From a virus: a DNA stretch of 64,000 nucleotides. The translations under genes were made by a program, and so were the position numbers. Below are positions 27,236-38,390 of the stretch, piece by piece. The stretch's first letter is position 1, and every line of letters begins with the position of its first letter. Location of the stretch: positions 1 to 64,000 of the IMG/VR virus record IMGVR_UViG_3300032323_001387; one strand, written 5' to 3'. The notes under the pieces were generated by a model that had not been told where the DNA came from, did not search any database, and saw nothing but the letters and a program-made list of their open reading frames with translations.

Positions 27236-28172
27236 TAAAATATTTCTCCGCTAAATGTGTTGCAAAACGCTCATGGACTTCTTTATTAAAATGCAGGCCG
27301 GATGTAAGTGATTTCTCATCTTTGTTTATCATTTTTGCCATAGAATCAATACCCCGGGGAAATAACGACATAATTGTCCTCCCAACGTAAGTATCCGGAT
27401 CAGGATTGTATAAAAAATCAAAAACATTTTTAGAATTATGCATTTTAGCCCGTTCCAGTTCTACTTCAGTGAAAATAGAATCTACCATAATCGGTTCAAT
27501 GCCAGTCTCTCCATATATTGCATCTTTATACATTTTAAGTTTACTAAAATAGTTAAGCCATCTTGTTTTCAGTTTCATGTCCATTTCAAGTACAGACAAT
27601 GTATCTTTTTCTAAAAAATATCTTTCTGCATCTGTATATGGTTTATGTTTCATACCTGCGTGATTCAATGACCTACAAAAAAACTCATCATCTAACTTAT
27701 TATAATTTAACTGAGTTGATTCTATATCATCGCTAATTTCTTTTATGTATGAATAACGTGTTCTGCATGTGAACTGAAATATAATTTTCTTAACGTTATA
27801 ACCCTGTTTCTTTAAATTATAAATGTCATTACATGTTCTCAGGTAAATGCTATGATTATCGCTGCCGGGTGCCGATTTGTTGATTACCTGTATACCTGTC
27901 AGGTTTTCTAATTTAGAACTGTATCTAACTTCTCGCATACTTCGATTAGATAAACCTGCATAGTCAAGGCCTGGGTTATTTGGTACCATTTTTTCATATT
28001 GTTCATCACGCCATTGATTATATGCGATCATATGTTCGGAATATAATTCTGAATCAGTTAACGTTATATAATCGTCGACGCTTAGTTCATTGGGATAGCC
28101 AGGTAGTAAATAGTCACCTATATCTATTCCAGTCGTAAAACTACAGCCATTGACATATATTACGTCATTCAT
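27228..28172 (-). CDS. SGNH-like protein
   Basis: YVNGCSFT, NKSAPGSDN, GLHF; paralogue of 28165-29055. Confidence 0.6.
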   Translation of the reverse strand: MNDVIYVNGCSFTTGIDIGDYLLPGYPNELSVDDYITLTDSELYSEHMIAYNQWRDEQYEKMVPNNPGLDYAGLSNRSMREVRYSSKLENLTGIQVINKSAPGSDNHSIYLRTCNDIYNLKKQGYNVKKIIFQFTCRTRYSYIKEISDDIESTQLNYNKLDDEFFCRSLNHAGMKHKPYTDAERYFLEKDTLSVLEMDMKLKTRWLNYFSKLKMYKDAIYGETGIEPIMVDSIFTEVELERAKMHNSKNVFDFLYNPDPDTYVGRTIMSLFPRGIDSMAKMINKDEKSLTSGLHFNKEVHERFATHLAEKYFNE

Positions 28173-29055
28173 TGAAATATCTTTCTGCTATTTTTTTGGC
28201 AAATATATCATGCACTTTGGCTGTGAAATGCAGTCCAGTAGTCATAGTATCGGGCTCATCTGGGTCTACGCACTCCATCATATTTAATTCAATTTCGTCA
28301 TCTAACTGCTTTTTAAATTCTAAGACATGGTTATCTTCTGGCAATTCGCAGTTATCAAATGTAAATAATTTATGTCCCACAGTTTTCTTAAAGAATACAC
28401 TGTCTACAAAAATAACCCTTGCTCCGGTCAAAGAAATTAGTGCATGTTTGAACATTAACAAGTCATGCAATAATCTATATTCACTGTATTCGAATGTTTC
28501 ATTCATGACAATGCCTTCTATCATACGCTGGTATTCTTTAACACTTGTGCCTACTGTAAAGGATACCATATTGTATTTTTTAATCATTGTTTTTTGTTGA
28601 TCGTATATTGGTTCTTCAAAATCCAGGGTATTTTTAAAAAAACTAAATCGGCCGGCACTAGTGATTTGAATGATGATATCTGTTATGTTATATCCGGCTT
28701 TCTTTAAAGCAATAACGTCAGCAATAGTTCTGTAAGAAATAGCATACATACTACTCCCGCCCTGCGATGATATATTAAACACTGGCCTATTTAATATCTT
28801 TTCTAGTCTGGAACTCCATCGCATTTCTTTTTGATATTCTAATAATTTTTTATGTTCTGTTGGATTATTTTTATTCCATTGAGCATGTTCTGCCATAACA
28901 GCTTTTTGATCATCTACAGCTTGTTTGAATGGCATCGACAGTATTTCATTTATGCTAAAATTTTTTTTAAAATCAGGGCGCAAATGGTATTCAACGTCGC
29001 AGCCTTGTGTAAAGCTGTCTCCATTAACATAGATAATATTTTTATCTTGGGTCAT
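28165..29055 (-). CDS. SGNH-like protein
   Basis: YVNGDSFT, NISSQGGSS, GLHF. Confidence 0.62.
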   Translation of the reverse strand: MTQDKNIIYVNGDSFTQGCDVEYHLRPDFKKNFSINEILSMPFKQAVDDQKAVMAEHAQWNKNNPTEHKKLLEYQKEMRWSSRLEKILNRPVFNISSQGGSSMYAISYRTIADVIALKKAGYNITDIIIQITSAGRFSFFKNTLDFEEPIYDQQKTMIKKYNMVSFTVGTSVKEYQRMIEGIVMNETFEYSEYRLLHDLLMFKHALISLTGARVIFVDSVFFKKTVGHKLFTFDNCELPEDNHVLEFKKQLDDEIELNMMECVDPDEPDTMTTGLHFTAKVHDIFAKKIAERYFNE

Positions 29056-29395
29056 ATTCGTCCCATTTGACAGGATTAGTCATTTGAAAATTATAGTCGT
29101 TGATCAGTTTCTCAAATTCGTCTATGGTAAATCTAAGATTAAAATTGCCACCATGTGTATTAATTGTAAAACGAACAGCAGATATGTTGCGCTTAATAAC
29201 CACATACATTTTTATGCCGCACTTCAAATGTAGATTAATACCTTCTTTGGTGCTAGCACCTTCAAACATTTGTTTGATTTCATCATGTGTTAATCTATAA
29301 GTCAATACAAAATTATCATTTACTCTGAGGCTCAGATCATTGATGTCGTATTTCTTATACGCATATAGTTTAAAGTGTTCGTTGAATAGTTTCAT
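29042..29395 (-). CDS. Hypothetical protein
   Basis: 117 aa in the operon. Confidence 0.7.
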   Translation of the reverse strand: MKLFNEHFKLYAYKKYDINDLSLRVNDNFVLTYRLTHDEIKQMFEGASTKEGINLHLKCGIKMYVVIKRNISAVRFTINTHGGNFNLRFTIDEFEKLINDYNFQMTNPVKWDEYDPR

Positions 29396-29403
29396 TTGTT
29401 GTC

Positions 29404-29730
29404 TTAGTTAATATCTTTTTCAATAAAATTGACCCTAATATTGTTAATCATATCTGCTCGGTCATCACTTTTCTCGGATTTAGAACATAATGTCTGGCAA
29501 ATATTTAAGGGATTTTCTGATTCAATCATTGATCGAATCTTCTGCCAAGCATCCGAATTTATTATTTCGTCATAGGTATAATTAGTCAAATTTAATTGCT
29601 GATATAATTCTTGGCCGAGGAAGTTCTCTAGCTGTGGATTAGTACTAACATAACAACAAGGTACATACATGCCGTTTGGCCGTATAAAAAATAAATTTTT
29701 AGTTTTATAGCATTCGGGATCTAATTTCAT
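29404..29730 (-). CDS. Stand-alone twitch/SPASM-like domain protein
   Basis: C..FIRPNGMYVPCCY...ICQTLC; paralogue of 8309-8653. Confidence 0.78.
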   Translation of the reverse strand: MKLDPECYKTKNLFFIRPNGMYVPCCYVSTNPQLENFLGQELYQQLNLTNYTYDEIINSDAWQKIRSMIESENPLNICQTLCSKSEKSDDRADMINNIRVNFIEKDIN

Positions 29731-30362
29731 TTTTGCTGGTATTCCTTTAATTCTGAAATGATGTCTTCAAAATTTCTACTAGGTTCCATTCCAGCTGGAT
29801 ATTGTCGGCCACTGTTAACAATTTCAAAATGTTGTATGCCTAGTTGTTTACTTAATTTATATCCTTCGATGACGTCATTTTCATTATATTTAAAAATTAT
29901 CCATTTCCACTGTACCCGAGCAGCAGATTTAGCAATCATTGATTTAATACCCGTTTCGATACTAGGCCAATCCGAATTCACTCTATATAGATTATTTTCA
30001 GGTAATCCATCTATGCTAAACACAAAGGTATCTGATTTAGTAAACATAGGCGCAAGCTGTTCCCACCATTCTTTGCTTCTATAACTACCATTGGTATTAA
30101 TAGTGATTTTTTTATTGTGTTTCTTCACCAGGGATATAATGTCATGAAACTTAGTATGATAAATAGGATCTCCGTATGCACCAGAAAATACCACGCCCTC
30201 AAGCGATGGTACTTTCAATATTTTTTCAATAGCAGAAACATCGACCTCCCCGTATTTCCACTTATGAAGTTTTTCATCAGGATCTTTCGTTCTGGCACAA
30301 TCCGGGCAATAGAGCGTGCACTTGCTGGTTATTTCTAATTCTATTGTTACAGGATCAATCAT
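29727..30362 (-). CDS. Radical SAM core protein
   Basis: CTLYCPDC, GAYGDP, NTNG, FSIDG. Confidence 0.9.
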   Translation of the reverse strand: MIDPVTIELEITSKCTLYCPDCARTKDPDEKLHKWKYGEVDVSAIEKILKVPSLEGVVFSGAYGDPIYHTKFHDIISLVKKHNKKITINTNGSYRSKEWWEQLAPMFTKSDTFVFSIDGLPENNLYRVNSDWPSIETGIKSMIAKSAARVQWKWIIFKYNENDVIEGYKLSKQLGIQHFEIVNSGRQYPAGMEPSRNFEDIISELKEYQQK

Positions 30363-31692
30363 AATATTTTAAAACCGAATTTAGTTCTGGTAAAAAATCT
30401 TTAAGAGTTTGTTTACGTATTCTATCCAGCCCCATTATTCTATATTTACGCTTGTCTTCAGTCTCCTGATTCCAAGAGTCTTTGGCCATCATATGAGCTA
30501 TCATATTTTCTACAACAATCTCTGCACGTTCCATCATACGCGGAGTTAGATTACTTTTACGTAGTAATTCTAAATCACTGGTCATTTTGTTCTTAAAGTA
30601 TTCTTTTTGTTCTGGCTTTAAACTCTGTGGACAATAATGAGGACCAAAGTAATAATGACCGTCAAAGTCAAACTGCTTATCGCTTAGATTGAATTTGCGC
30701 TTAAACTTATCTGCCCACAGGAACAATTCCGCCATGTCCAGCATATTCAATACACTCCAGCCAGGATCTATTTTAGCTTCAATGTTTTTAACATTTGTAA
30801 CCCAAGTCGCCATATTAGCTTCTGCTTCGGCCCAGTCGCCGGGGAAACGTTGATAGTGAAACTTATCACCTATGCCATCAATGCTGAATGCAACCCTGGT
30901 ATAGTAAAATTTATCATATACAGTTTTTAAAACATCTTCTGGTGGTAGAGTACTGGCATTGGTATTATATGACATACGCACCTGAGCAGCGTCGGGTCGT
31001 TGTGCTAGCTTGGCTAAAAACTTAAAGTGAGCGTTAATCAACATGGGTTCGCCGCCCATGAAGTGAAACTTCTTGCCATTGAACATTACTTCACTGTTCC
31101 ATAGTTCACTATCTAGTGCCCAATGCCCTAACTTTGTTGCTCGAGCAGCTTCTTCTTGGCTTGTTCCATACAATTCTCGTTGATCGCTGATCCAACTGCT
31201 GCTGGCATGTGGGCCACAAAAGTGACATTTAAAATTGCAGGTCGTCCCGGGTTCTATTTCTAAATCAAATGGCTCTTTAATTTTATCTAGTTCAATTACA
31301 ACGTCTTGCCAATCTGTTTTATCATTGAAGAAACTTTCCAACTTTTTATATAATTCAGTCTCGCCGCCTTCCCAGCTTTTATTCATAAAGAAAGTCATTA
31401 TACGCTTGCGATGACTTTCTCCATTGTGATCATCGACTTTCCAACATCTGTGACATATGTCTGGCCGTTCATTGCGTTTAAATGATTCCTTAAAATCATT
31501 ATTCTCTTTTGATTTGATAAATGTATCAAAGTCTATAAAGTTAATATTTGCTGTTTTACCATCATCAAGTTTATGCGGATCTGCAATACAACAGGGATTT
31601 ATATCTCCATTTCCATCAATGGCCTTGTGCAGAAATGGCACCAGGCAAAAGTTTTTTGGTACTTTGTTATATTTGTCAAAATCTTTATTCAT
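30355..31692 (-). CDS. N-terminal-twitch radical SAM protein
   Basis: CLVPF..PCC..CHRC, CNFKCHFC, GGEP. Confidence 0.9.
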   Translation of the reverse strand: MNKDFDKYNKVPKNFCLVPFLHKAIDGNGDINPCCIADPHKLDDGKTANINFIDFDTFIKSKENNDFKESFKRNERPDICHRCWKVDDHNGESHRKRIMTFFMNKSWEGGETELYKKLESFFNDKTDWQDVVIELDKIKEPFDLEIEPGTTCNFKCHFCGPHASSSWISDQRELYGTSQEEAARATKLGHWALDSELWNSEVMFNGKKFHFMGGEPMLINAHFKFLAKLAQRPDAAQVRMSYNTNASTLPPEDVLKTVYDKFYYTRVAFSIDGIGDKFHYQRFPGDWAEAEANMATWVTNVKNIEAKIDPGWSVLNMLDMAELFLWADKFKRKFNLSDKQFDFDGHYYFGPHYCPQSLKPEQKEYFKNKMTSDLELLRKSNLTPRMMERAEIVVENMIAHMMAKDSWNQETEDKRKYRIMGLDRIRKQTLKDFLPELNSVLKYYD

Positions 31693-32437
31693 TGATTGTT
31701 CTGATATTTTCTATGGGATTCAATTGATGTTTTTTAATATTTGTATAATAGCCATCTTTATACGGTAATCCTTCTAAATCTGCTTTGGATACTCTAGTCA
31801 TCGGATTGGCGATAGGAATTGCTTTTCCTATACACACTGCATAACCAGGAGATAAATTATGCCTATTGGCCATTTCATTAGTAATACCATATTCATTATA
31901 TATAGAATATAGATGAGCTTTCAATTCAGGTGTTTCCATGACAGTTCTAACTCCTCTGGTACAGCCATTAAAACCAACGTCTAGTCCCATTAAATACGCT
32001 TGCTGTGCTAGAAAAGCCATGCTCATTCCTATATTGATATTTCTTATATCTATGTCTCCGGCTTTTGGCTCTTTTAAATAGGAACCATCTGCATCAAGAT
32101 GGCTGGGATGATTTACTATAGGAAGATTCTTTGATGCTTCCAAATATATAATCACTGTTGGCGCTGTCAATATACCAAGTTGATATTCTTTGGGCATCAC
32201 TTTGCCCAGTGATTCGCTGTATTTAGATACCATAAAAAATATGTTATCTTGCAGCCACTCTTTATATTCTTGTTTTTCAACAAGGATTGGTATAAAATTT
32301 CTATTAGAATTTTGTGCAGGGGCATAATTAACTGCATCAATGAGCAGACGACGTTGTTCTGCTGTTAATTTTTCATCTTTGAAAACTTTCGACGTGCGTC
32401 TTGTTTTTAAAAAATTATTATACTCTTGTGGTGTCAT
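31685..32437 (-). CDS. Nitroreductase-family flavoprotein
   Basis: RRTSKVF, APAQNSN, AYLMGLDVGF, VCIG. Confidence 0.75.
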   Translation of the reverse strand: MTPQEYNNFLKTRRTSKVFKDEKLTAEQRRLLIDAVNYAPAQNSNRNFIPILVEKQEYKEWLQDNIFFMVSKYSESLGKVMPKEYQLGILTAPTVIIYLEASKNLPIVNHPSHLDADGSYLKEPKAGDIDIRNINIGMSMAFLAQQAYLMGLDVGFNGCTRGVRTVMETPELKAHLYSIYNEYGITNEMANRHNLSPGYAVCIGKAIPIANPMTRVSKADLEGLPYKDGYYTNIKKHQLNPIENIRTINE

Positions 32438-33606
32438 TTAAATTGCTCCTTGAATGCATCATATTTAGTTCCACACGTCTTAGCGCATACTGCCAACTTT
32501 CCTTCTGCACAGCTGGGTTTATTCCAACTGTTGGGAATTATCTCCTGCATAAATTTACCTTCGACAACATCTTTAAGACTATGTTGTTTTAAATTGAGAG
32601 AGTCCAAGCCTGCTTCATTTATAGCATTCCAAATTTGGCCGCCTTGTTCTTTCCAATACCATACATACATCTGTCCGGCGGTCCAACAACATGGTTGTAA
32701 GTATCCTTCCGCTGTTACATAAATGCTTTTCTCTTCGGCAACCTTACATTTAATAGGCACAGTATCCCAATACTTTTCCATGGGCTTTTTTAATTCAGGA
32801 TCAGTGGTAAATTTTTGACTGCCAACTTTTTCTTTAAGAACTTCTACTGTGGTTATTAATTCATAAGGGTCCGACTTTTGTCCTTTTGTTATATTTTCTA
32901 AATTCTTAATAGCTGCGTTATGATATTTGGGATCATTAGGCATTGCCAATAAAGTCGTTGCAGATCCTTTGCGATTGCCTGCTTGATGCTCTTGCTTAAC
33001 TTCGCCACGAGTATTGCTAAAGAAACGATTGCTCTTTTTGATATTGAACTTTTCAAAGCCCATTTTAGCGGCCAATGCTTCTGCTTCTTCTACTTGATGT
33101 TCGTTGTGTGCAAATACAATATAGTCCCAACGTGCTCTGCCGCCGGCATCTATAAATGCCTGTGCGTTTTCCATTATCTTTTTCCAAACAGTGCCTTGGC
33201 GATACAAGTGATTAGTATCCTCTAGTCCGTCTACGCCAAAAATAACATAACCTCTTTTACCTATTACGCCGGCAAGTTCTGCCCACCACTCTGGCTTTTT
33301 CATACTGCCATTTGTATGCATACTAAGATTTAATTTTTCGTTATGTTCTCTAAAGTAAGCAAATGCTTCGAGTGTATCAGATGCCACGGCAGGATCACCA
33401 TAGTTGCCACACATGTACAATCGGTTTAGTTGTTTAATGAAGTCTACGGGAAATATCTTTTCAATGTCAGTGATACTGAGTTCGGCACCATGCAACAATG
33501 GGCTGACTTCTCCACCATTTAAATTCCTAGCGCACATAGGACAAGAAGCATTACAAGCTTCTGTCATTTCTAAATGCACAGTGGTAATATCACTGTAGTT
33601 ATACAT
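32434..33606 (-). CDS. Radical SAM protein with C-terminal twitch domain
   Basis: CNASCPMC, GNYGDP; C-terminal IYVTAEGYLQPCCW...CAKTC. Confidence 0.9.
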   Translation of the reverse strand: MYNYSDITTVHLEMTEACNASCPMCARNLNGGEVSPLLHGAELSITDIEKIFPVDFIKQLNRLYMCGNYGDPAVASDTLEAFAYFREHNEKLNLSMHTNGSMKKPEWWAELAGVIGKRGYVIFGVDGLEDTNHLYRQGTVWKKIMENAQAFIDAGGRARWDYIVFAHNEHQVEEAEALAAKMGFEKFNIKKSNRFFSNTRGEVKQEHQAGNRKGSATTLLAMPNDPKYHNAAIKNLENITKGQKSDPYELITTVEVLKEKVGSQKFTTDPELKKPMEKYWDTVPIKCKVAEEKSIYVTAEGYLQPCCWTAGQMYVWYWKEQGGQIWNAINEAGLDSLNLKQHSLKDVVEGKFMQEIIPNSWNKPSCAEGKLAVCAKTCGTKYDAFKEQFK

Positions 33607-34463
33607 TATTTTACTCCATAAAGCGCATACCTTTTATATTTAGGAAATGTAATTTCTCCGCGATAGTATGTAGTTGTCACTGGGTACTTTCTTAAAAAGT
33701 CAGGCAGTGTCTCGGAGTAATTAATATGTTCTTCAATAGGGTCGCTGTTATTTTCAATGAACACAGTTGTTCCTGGTTTAAGTTTATTAAACCATTCTGT
33801 GTCCATATGTTCACTGCTTGTGTTAATAACTAGATCAGGAACAAGAATTTTATCATAAAATGTTAAATTGTTATCATCGTCAAAACATTCATTGATAGGC
33901 TTATTTTCTACGTATGCATCTGGGTTAATGATGGCTATTAATTCATTGACATTAGAATCGGGATCAATGCTAAACAATTTATTGTAATTAATGTCTTTAA
34001 GGTATAGGCTATGATGAGTTAGCCAGCCCCCTATTAGCAACACGTTACTAAAGTTTAGATTAAATTTAGATAAAATTTCTGCCATCCATATTTTACTAAG
34101 AACCTGGCTCTTGGAAAAAATAGTGGGCAATACATCTTCGTAGCCTTCATCGACGATTTGAAATAACTTGTGAATAAATTCATCTTCTGGCCAAATAGAA
34201 TGTAATGTACCCACAATATCTCGTGTGGTAATCTCATCCTTAGAACAAACGTTTGTATAAAAATTCAAACGATCTTCTCTAAATGCCACTGGATATTTGT
34301 CGTAATCGTCGGATATTAAATTTTTAAGAGACCATGGCTTTGATTGCTGGTCTGCATATTTTAAATTTATAATATTTCGTATAAACTGTTTTTTTCTCAC
34401 GTCTTGAATGAAATGAAAATATTTTTCTATTCCAAAGAGCCATGTAATTTTATCTGTTTCCAT
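33606..34463 (-). CDS. Class I SAM methyltransferase-like protein
   Basis: VLLIGGW, FSIDPD, DLVINTSSEH. Confidence 0.55.
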   Translation of the reverse strand: METDKITWLFGIEKYFHFIQDVRKKQFIRNIINLKYADQQSKPWSLKNLISDDYDKYPVAFREDRLNFYTNVCSKDEITTRDIVGTLHSIWPEDEFIHKLFQIVDEGYEDVLPTIFSKSQVLSKIWMAEILSKFNLNFSNVLLIGGWLTHHSLYLKDINYNKLFSIDPDSNVNELIAIINPDAYVENKPINECFDDDNNLTFYDKILVPDLVINTSSEHMDTEWFNKLKPGTTVFIENNSDPIEEHINYSETLPDFLRKYPVTTTYYRGEITFPKYKRYALYGVK

Positions 34464-35139
34464 CTAATCCTACCCATTTACAAAATTTGTTATACAACCA
34501 ATCAAAATCATTTACTATCGTAAAGTCTGCATCTTTTGATCTTGCATATTGTTCGCCTTGCCTTGCACCATGTACAGCAAAATAACCGTACTGCGATTCT
34601 AATCCTGCATTCATCCACATATTAAGCCTATCGAGACTTTCTTGATCGTTGTTGTTTTTATTAATGCCTGTGCTTAATTTAACTGCTTCCCGAAATGCTG
34701 TACGCCAAGTACTGTATGGCGTATAGTTAAATCTATGTTCGCTGGCCAATATGTTTAACTTGATATATCCGTCTGCTAGACTAGTGGTCATGTCAGGTTT
34801 ATCTAATCTTTCTGCACTAAAGCAATCTTTGCTAAACAACTTGATGCCACCATGTCCATATACCAATCCGTTAATAGGATTCTTTGCGCGAAACACTGCT
34901 ACATATTTTGGTTTGAGTTCTATTTGCTTGTCAAAAGTAAACCCATCTACAATCCAGCAATCTGCGTCAACTACATAAAATCTATCACTGTTGCACAAAC
35001 TGGCAATGTTTTTATGGCTTTCAAATATTGTACCTATGCTAGCAACTGCTTCGGCCCATGGTGCAACTTTGAGTAGTCTTTGCCAGTTCTCATTGAGGTT
35101 AGCTTCGTCCGTGTAAAGAAAATATACAGGTGTTTCCAT
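34450..35139 (-). CDS. Putative GT-A glycosyltransferase (paralogue family 1)
   Basis: YVVDAD (DxD), NPINGLVYGHGGIKL, WRTAFRE. Start moved to METP (35139). Confidence 0.62.
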   Translation of the reverse strand: METPVYFLYTDEANLNENWQRLLKVAPWAEAVASIGTIFESHKNIASLCNSDRFYVVDADCWIVDGFTFDKQIELKPKYVAVFRAKNPINGLVYGHGGIKLFSKDCFSAERLDKPDMTTSLADGYIKLNILASEHRFNYTPYSTWRTAFREAVKLSTGINKNNNDQESLDRLNMWMNAGLESQYGYFAVHGARQGEQYARSKDADFTIVNDFDWLYNKFCKWVGLDGNR

Positions 35140-35140
35140 A

Positions 35141-36172
35141 TTAGTATTTAGGTAATGTGAAGCCATATAATGGCAAAGCACTTTGATTTAGCAGTGCAGG
35201 CCAGCCTAAGCCTTTACCTGGACTAATATGAACATGTTTAAACCAAATGCTTTGTTCAGCATCTAGTTCTGCCAACGGTAAACCCAGGCCATCTCTTAGA
35301 TCTGTTAACAATTTACGATTGTGACTTTCTAAATATTCGCCGTGTTCGAGAATCTGCGATTGTTGTTCCCAGAACTTATGAAACCAGTCATAGTCTGCAA
35401 TAACAGTATGGTCAAAATTTTCTATGTATAACTTATATGCAGCCAGTCTTGCGCCGTATATAACCCATGCACCGTTTTCAATGTCACGGCCAACAGTCAT
35501 CCATATTAGCCAACGAGCATAGTTAGCCGGATACATTTTATGTTTAAAATCATGTAACGGGACTTTGTTGCCTTGGTCCAAGCCCATTTTAATGCCTTCT
35601 CTAAAGCCTGCTCTAAACGCTTGCTTGGCACTAGAGTTATTGTGAACGACACCATAGGTATTATTCATTTGTTTATAGTTTTCGGGATCCCAACAAAAGT
35701 CTACATTATTTGTGCCATCTTCTGGATCTGCTGCTTCATGACTTCGCATGTTCATGACATGTTTAGTATACCACAGCTTAACGCCGCCATTGCCATAGAC
35801 TAGGCCGTTGACGACATTGCGACTACTCCAGCTTAGTGTAGCTTCGGCAATATCCGGAGTAAGCTCTACGCTTTTTGTCCATATACTTTTATCTATTTTA
35901 CAGTCTGCATCTACTGTAAAGAATCTAGGAGCATTGGCGATTCGACCAGCTTCTTTGTGTGCTGCATCAAAGCCTTTAACACCATGTACTCTATATACTT
36001 TTTCTGCGTTGGGATGATGGTCTAATAGAAACTGATAGTTTTCATCTGCGTTTGGTTCGTCGTAGCTTAAAAAGACCACAGGAATATCTTTTAATTTTAA
36101 TATAGCGTTTTGCTGTGTTTCTTTCTTAACAGCAGTTTTAATTTTATTATCCAGTGAATTTAGTAAACTCAT
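35141..36172 (-). CDS. Putative GT-A glycosyltransferase (family 1)
   Basis: FLSYDEP, GVKGFDAAH, TVDAD, NGLVYGNGGVKL, RAGFRE. Confidence 0.65.
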   Translation of the reverse strand: MSLLNSLDNKIKTAVKKETQQNAILKLKDIPVVFLSYDEPNADENYQFLLDHHPNAEKVYRVHGVKGFDAAHKEAGRIANAPRFFTVDADCKIDKSIWTKSVELTPDIAEATLSWSSRNVVNGLVYGNGGVKLWYTKHVMNMRSHEAADPEDGTNNVDFCWDPENYKQMNNTYGVVHNNSSAKQAFRAGFREGIKMGLDQGNKVPLHDFKHKMYPANYARWLIWMTVGRDIENGAWVIYGARLAAYKLYIENFDHTVIADYDWFHKFWEQQSQILEHGEYLESHNRKLLTDLRDGLGLPLAELDAEQSIWFKHVHISPGKGLGWPALLNQSALPLYGFTLPKY

Positions 36173-36893
36173 TTTTCATCCATTCTAAATCATTAATAAC
36201 ACGCAAAGCTTCTGGATTCTCTGCATTTTGCAATCCATAATCTCGCCCTTGTTTTGCACCTGCTATTGCGTATTTGCCAAAAGGGCGTTTTGCACCTTTA
36301 GTAGTCCAAATTTTCAATCGCTGATTGCTTTCTTCTACAACACGATCTATAGCTTCGTCGTCATAGTTTAATTTATGACGCAATTCTTCATTAGTTAAGT
36401 TAGTGGCAAGTTTAACACATTCGCGAAAGGCACTGCGCCATGTACTGAACTCGTCGTAGTTAAATTTAGTGACGTTGCTTATTTGATCGAATACTTTGAT
36501 ACTTAATCCAAATCCAGTTGTGAAGTCAACAGTATCTGGATTCTTAGACAATAAAGAGTGCTTAGGTAGCAGTTTAACACCACCATGCCCATATGTCAAA
36601 TCGTTTATTGGATTAACGCTGTTCCATAAACAAAGGCATTCACTTTCAGGTATCCCCCACCAAGTATTGTACTTACTGGGAGTAAAGAAAAATTCAAAGT
36701 CTCTTACTATAATAGCATCGCTGTCTACTACATAAAAATTATTGGTAAGACTACGACGGGCACATTCTTGATGTGCCGCCGTAAAACCTTTTATACCATT
36801 TACACGCCTTGCATGTGGAACTTTCTCTAATAGAAGTTCGTAATTTTCATCAGCGTAGGGTTCATTATAACTTAAAAAGAAAACATCTAGCAT
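36147..36893 (-). CDS. Putative GT-A glycosyltransferase (family 1)
   Basis: FLSYNEP, VVDSD, YGHGGVKL, RSAFRE. Confidence 0.65.
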   Translation of the reverse strand: MLDVFFLSYNEPYADENYELLLEKVPHARRVNGIKGFTAAHQECARRSLTNNFYVVDSDAIIVRDFEFFFTPSKYNTWWGIPESECLCLWNSVNPINDLTYGHGGVKLLPKHSLLSKNPDTVDFTTGFGLSIKVFDQISNVTKFNYDEFSTWRSAFRECVKLATNLTNEELRHKLNYDDEAIDRVVEESNQRLKIWTTKGAKRPFGKYAIAGAKQGRDYGLQNAENPEALRVINDLEWMKNEFTKFTG

Positions 36894-36917
36894 TATACGA
36901 GTATTTAATATTTTTAC

Positions 36918-38390
36918 TCATGATAATACAGGCACATTGTATTTCTTATAAAAGTCTTTGGCATGCTTTATATTATTGACCATTGGCTGGCCTTTGATGT
37001 TTAAGCTAGTGTTCAATAACATTGGACAGCCAGTTTCACTGTACCAATTTTCTAATAGCTTACGGAAGCCAGGGCTATCATTTTTACTCACTGTTTGCAC
37101 ACGACTTGTTCCGTCTTTGTGTATAATAGCAGGGAATTCATCGGGGCGAGTACAGCGAGCAACGAATTGCATATACGGACTAGTATCAATATTTTTAGGC
37201 ATATCGAAATAGTCATGCACATGTTCTTCTAAGATTGCTGGTGCAAAGGGTCTGAACTTTTGTCTACGTTTGATTGCGTTGACTGTGTCTTTGATTTCCG
37301 GTCCGCGGGGGTCAGCTAATAAACTGCGATGACCTAAAGCCCTGGGACCAAATTCTGCTCGGCCACTAGCCACGCCCACAATCTTGTTTGTTTTAAGCAT
37401 GTCAATAGTTTGGTCAACTGGATATTTCCTTCCCATGTTAGTGCCTAGGTAAGCGCCAGGCCATTTAACTTGTTCCCCAAAGTAAGCAGCCACTGCGCCT
37501 ACACTACTACCCGCATCTCCTGGATTTGGCATAATCCACACATTGTCCCAGTCTCCTGTGATCTCACTGTTAGCAACACAATTAAGAGCACAGCCTCCCA
37601 TTAGTATAAGATTGTTACTGGGTAGTTTGGAATTAGCCCACATACTCAACTGTTGTAACAGTTCTGTGTATATCTGTTGTGTGGCGGCAGCGATATCATA
37701 TGTATCTTGTAAGCTGACTAAATCCAAGCGCCAGTCTGGACAACCCCTATGTAGATTACGTTTGAATTTGATTTCGGGTGCACGAATAGTTTTAAAGAAA
37801 TCATTGTAGATGTCTGCTTTGTATTTGTCGGGGTCACCATAAGCAGCCATGCCCATCAAAATGTATTCTTCTTCGTTGGGTTTCAATCCACAACGTTGTG
37901 TCATAGCAGAGAACCATATACCAATACTATTGGGATAACTTTGACTGTAAACTTTCTTTAAGTCATTGCCTTCACCCTGCCATATTGTTAGACATTCAAA
38001 TTCACCGATGCTATCAATAACGATAACAGTGGCATCTTTATAGCCACTGGTATAATATCCTGCAGCTGCATGACTTTCATGATGCTTACCAAATACAACA
38101 GGCTTGTCTAAATTGTATTTAGATAGGTACTGTTTGATGTTGTTTTCTTTACCACGATAGCCTTGGCCAGCATATAGCTGACGCACGGTTTTAAGCCACG
38201 GCTTTTCATACCAAACAATTAAATCTGGTTCTCCGTACTTTTTTGCGTCTGCTATAATGCCTTCACATAAATCGCCATCGTTTTTAATTCCCGAATAGCG
38301 TTCACTGTGTCCAGCAAATTGTAGTTCTTTATCGTGCCAAACACTTATGGCAGCATCATGGCTGTTGGCACTAATTCCCCAAATGTTCAT
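36918..38390 (-). CDS. Carbamoyltransferase (NodU/CmcH/TobZ family)
   Basis: HDAA, ERYSGIKND, HHESHAA, GGCALN, GDAG, EFGPRALGHRS, FRPFAP, LLNTSLN. Confidence 0.95.
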   Translation of the reverse strand: MNIWGISANSHDAAISVWHDKELQFAGHSERYSGIKNDGDLCEGIIADAKKYGEPDLIVWYEKPWLKTVRQLYAGQGYRGKENNIKQYLSKYNLDKPVVFGKHHESHAAAGYYTSGYKDATVIVIDSIGEFECLTIWQGEGNDLKKVYSQSYPNSIGIWFSAMTQRCGLKPNEEEYILMGMAAYGDPDKYKADIYNDFFKTIRAPEIKFKRNLHRGCPDWRLDLVSLQDTYDIAAATQQIYTELLQQLSMWANSKLPSNNLILMGGCALNCVANSEITGDWDNVWIMPNPGDAGSSVGAVAAYFGEQVKWPGAYLGTNMGRKYPVDQTIDMLKTNKIVGVASGRAEFGPRALGHRSLLADPRGPEIKDTVNAIKRRQKFRPFAPAILEEHVHDYFDMPKNIDTSPYMQFVARCTRPDEFPAIIHKDGTSRVQTVSKNDSPGFRKLLENWYSETGCPMLLNTSLNIKGQPMVNNIKHAKDFYKKYNVPVLS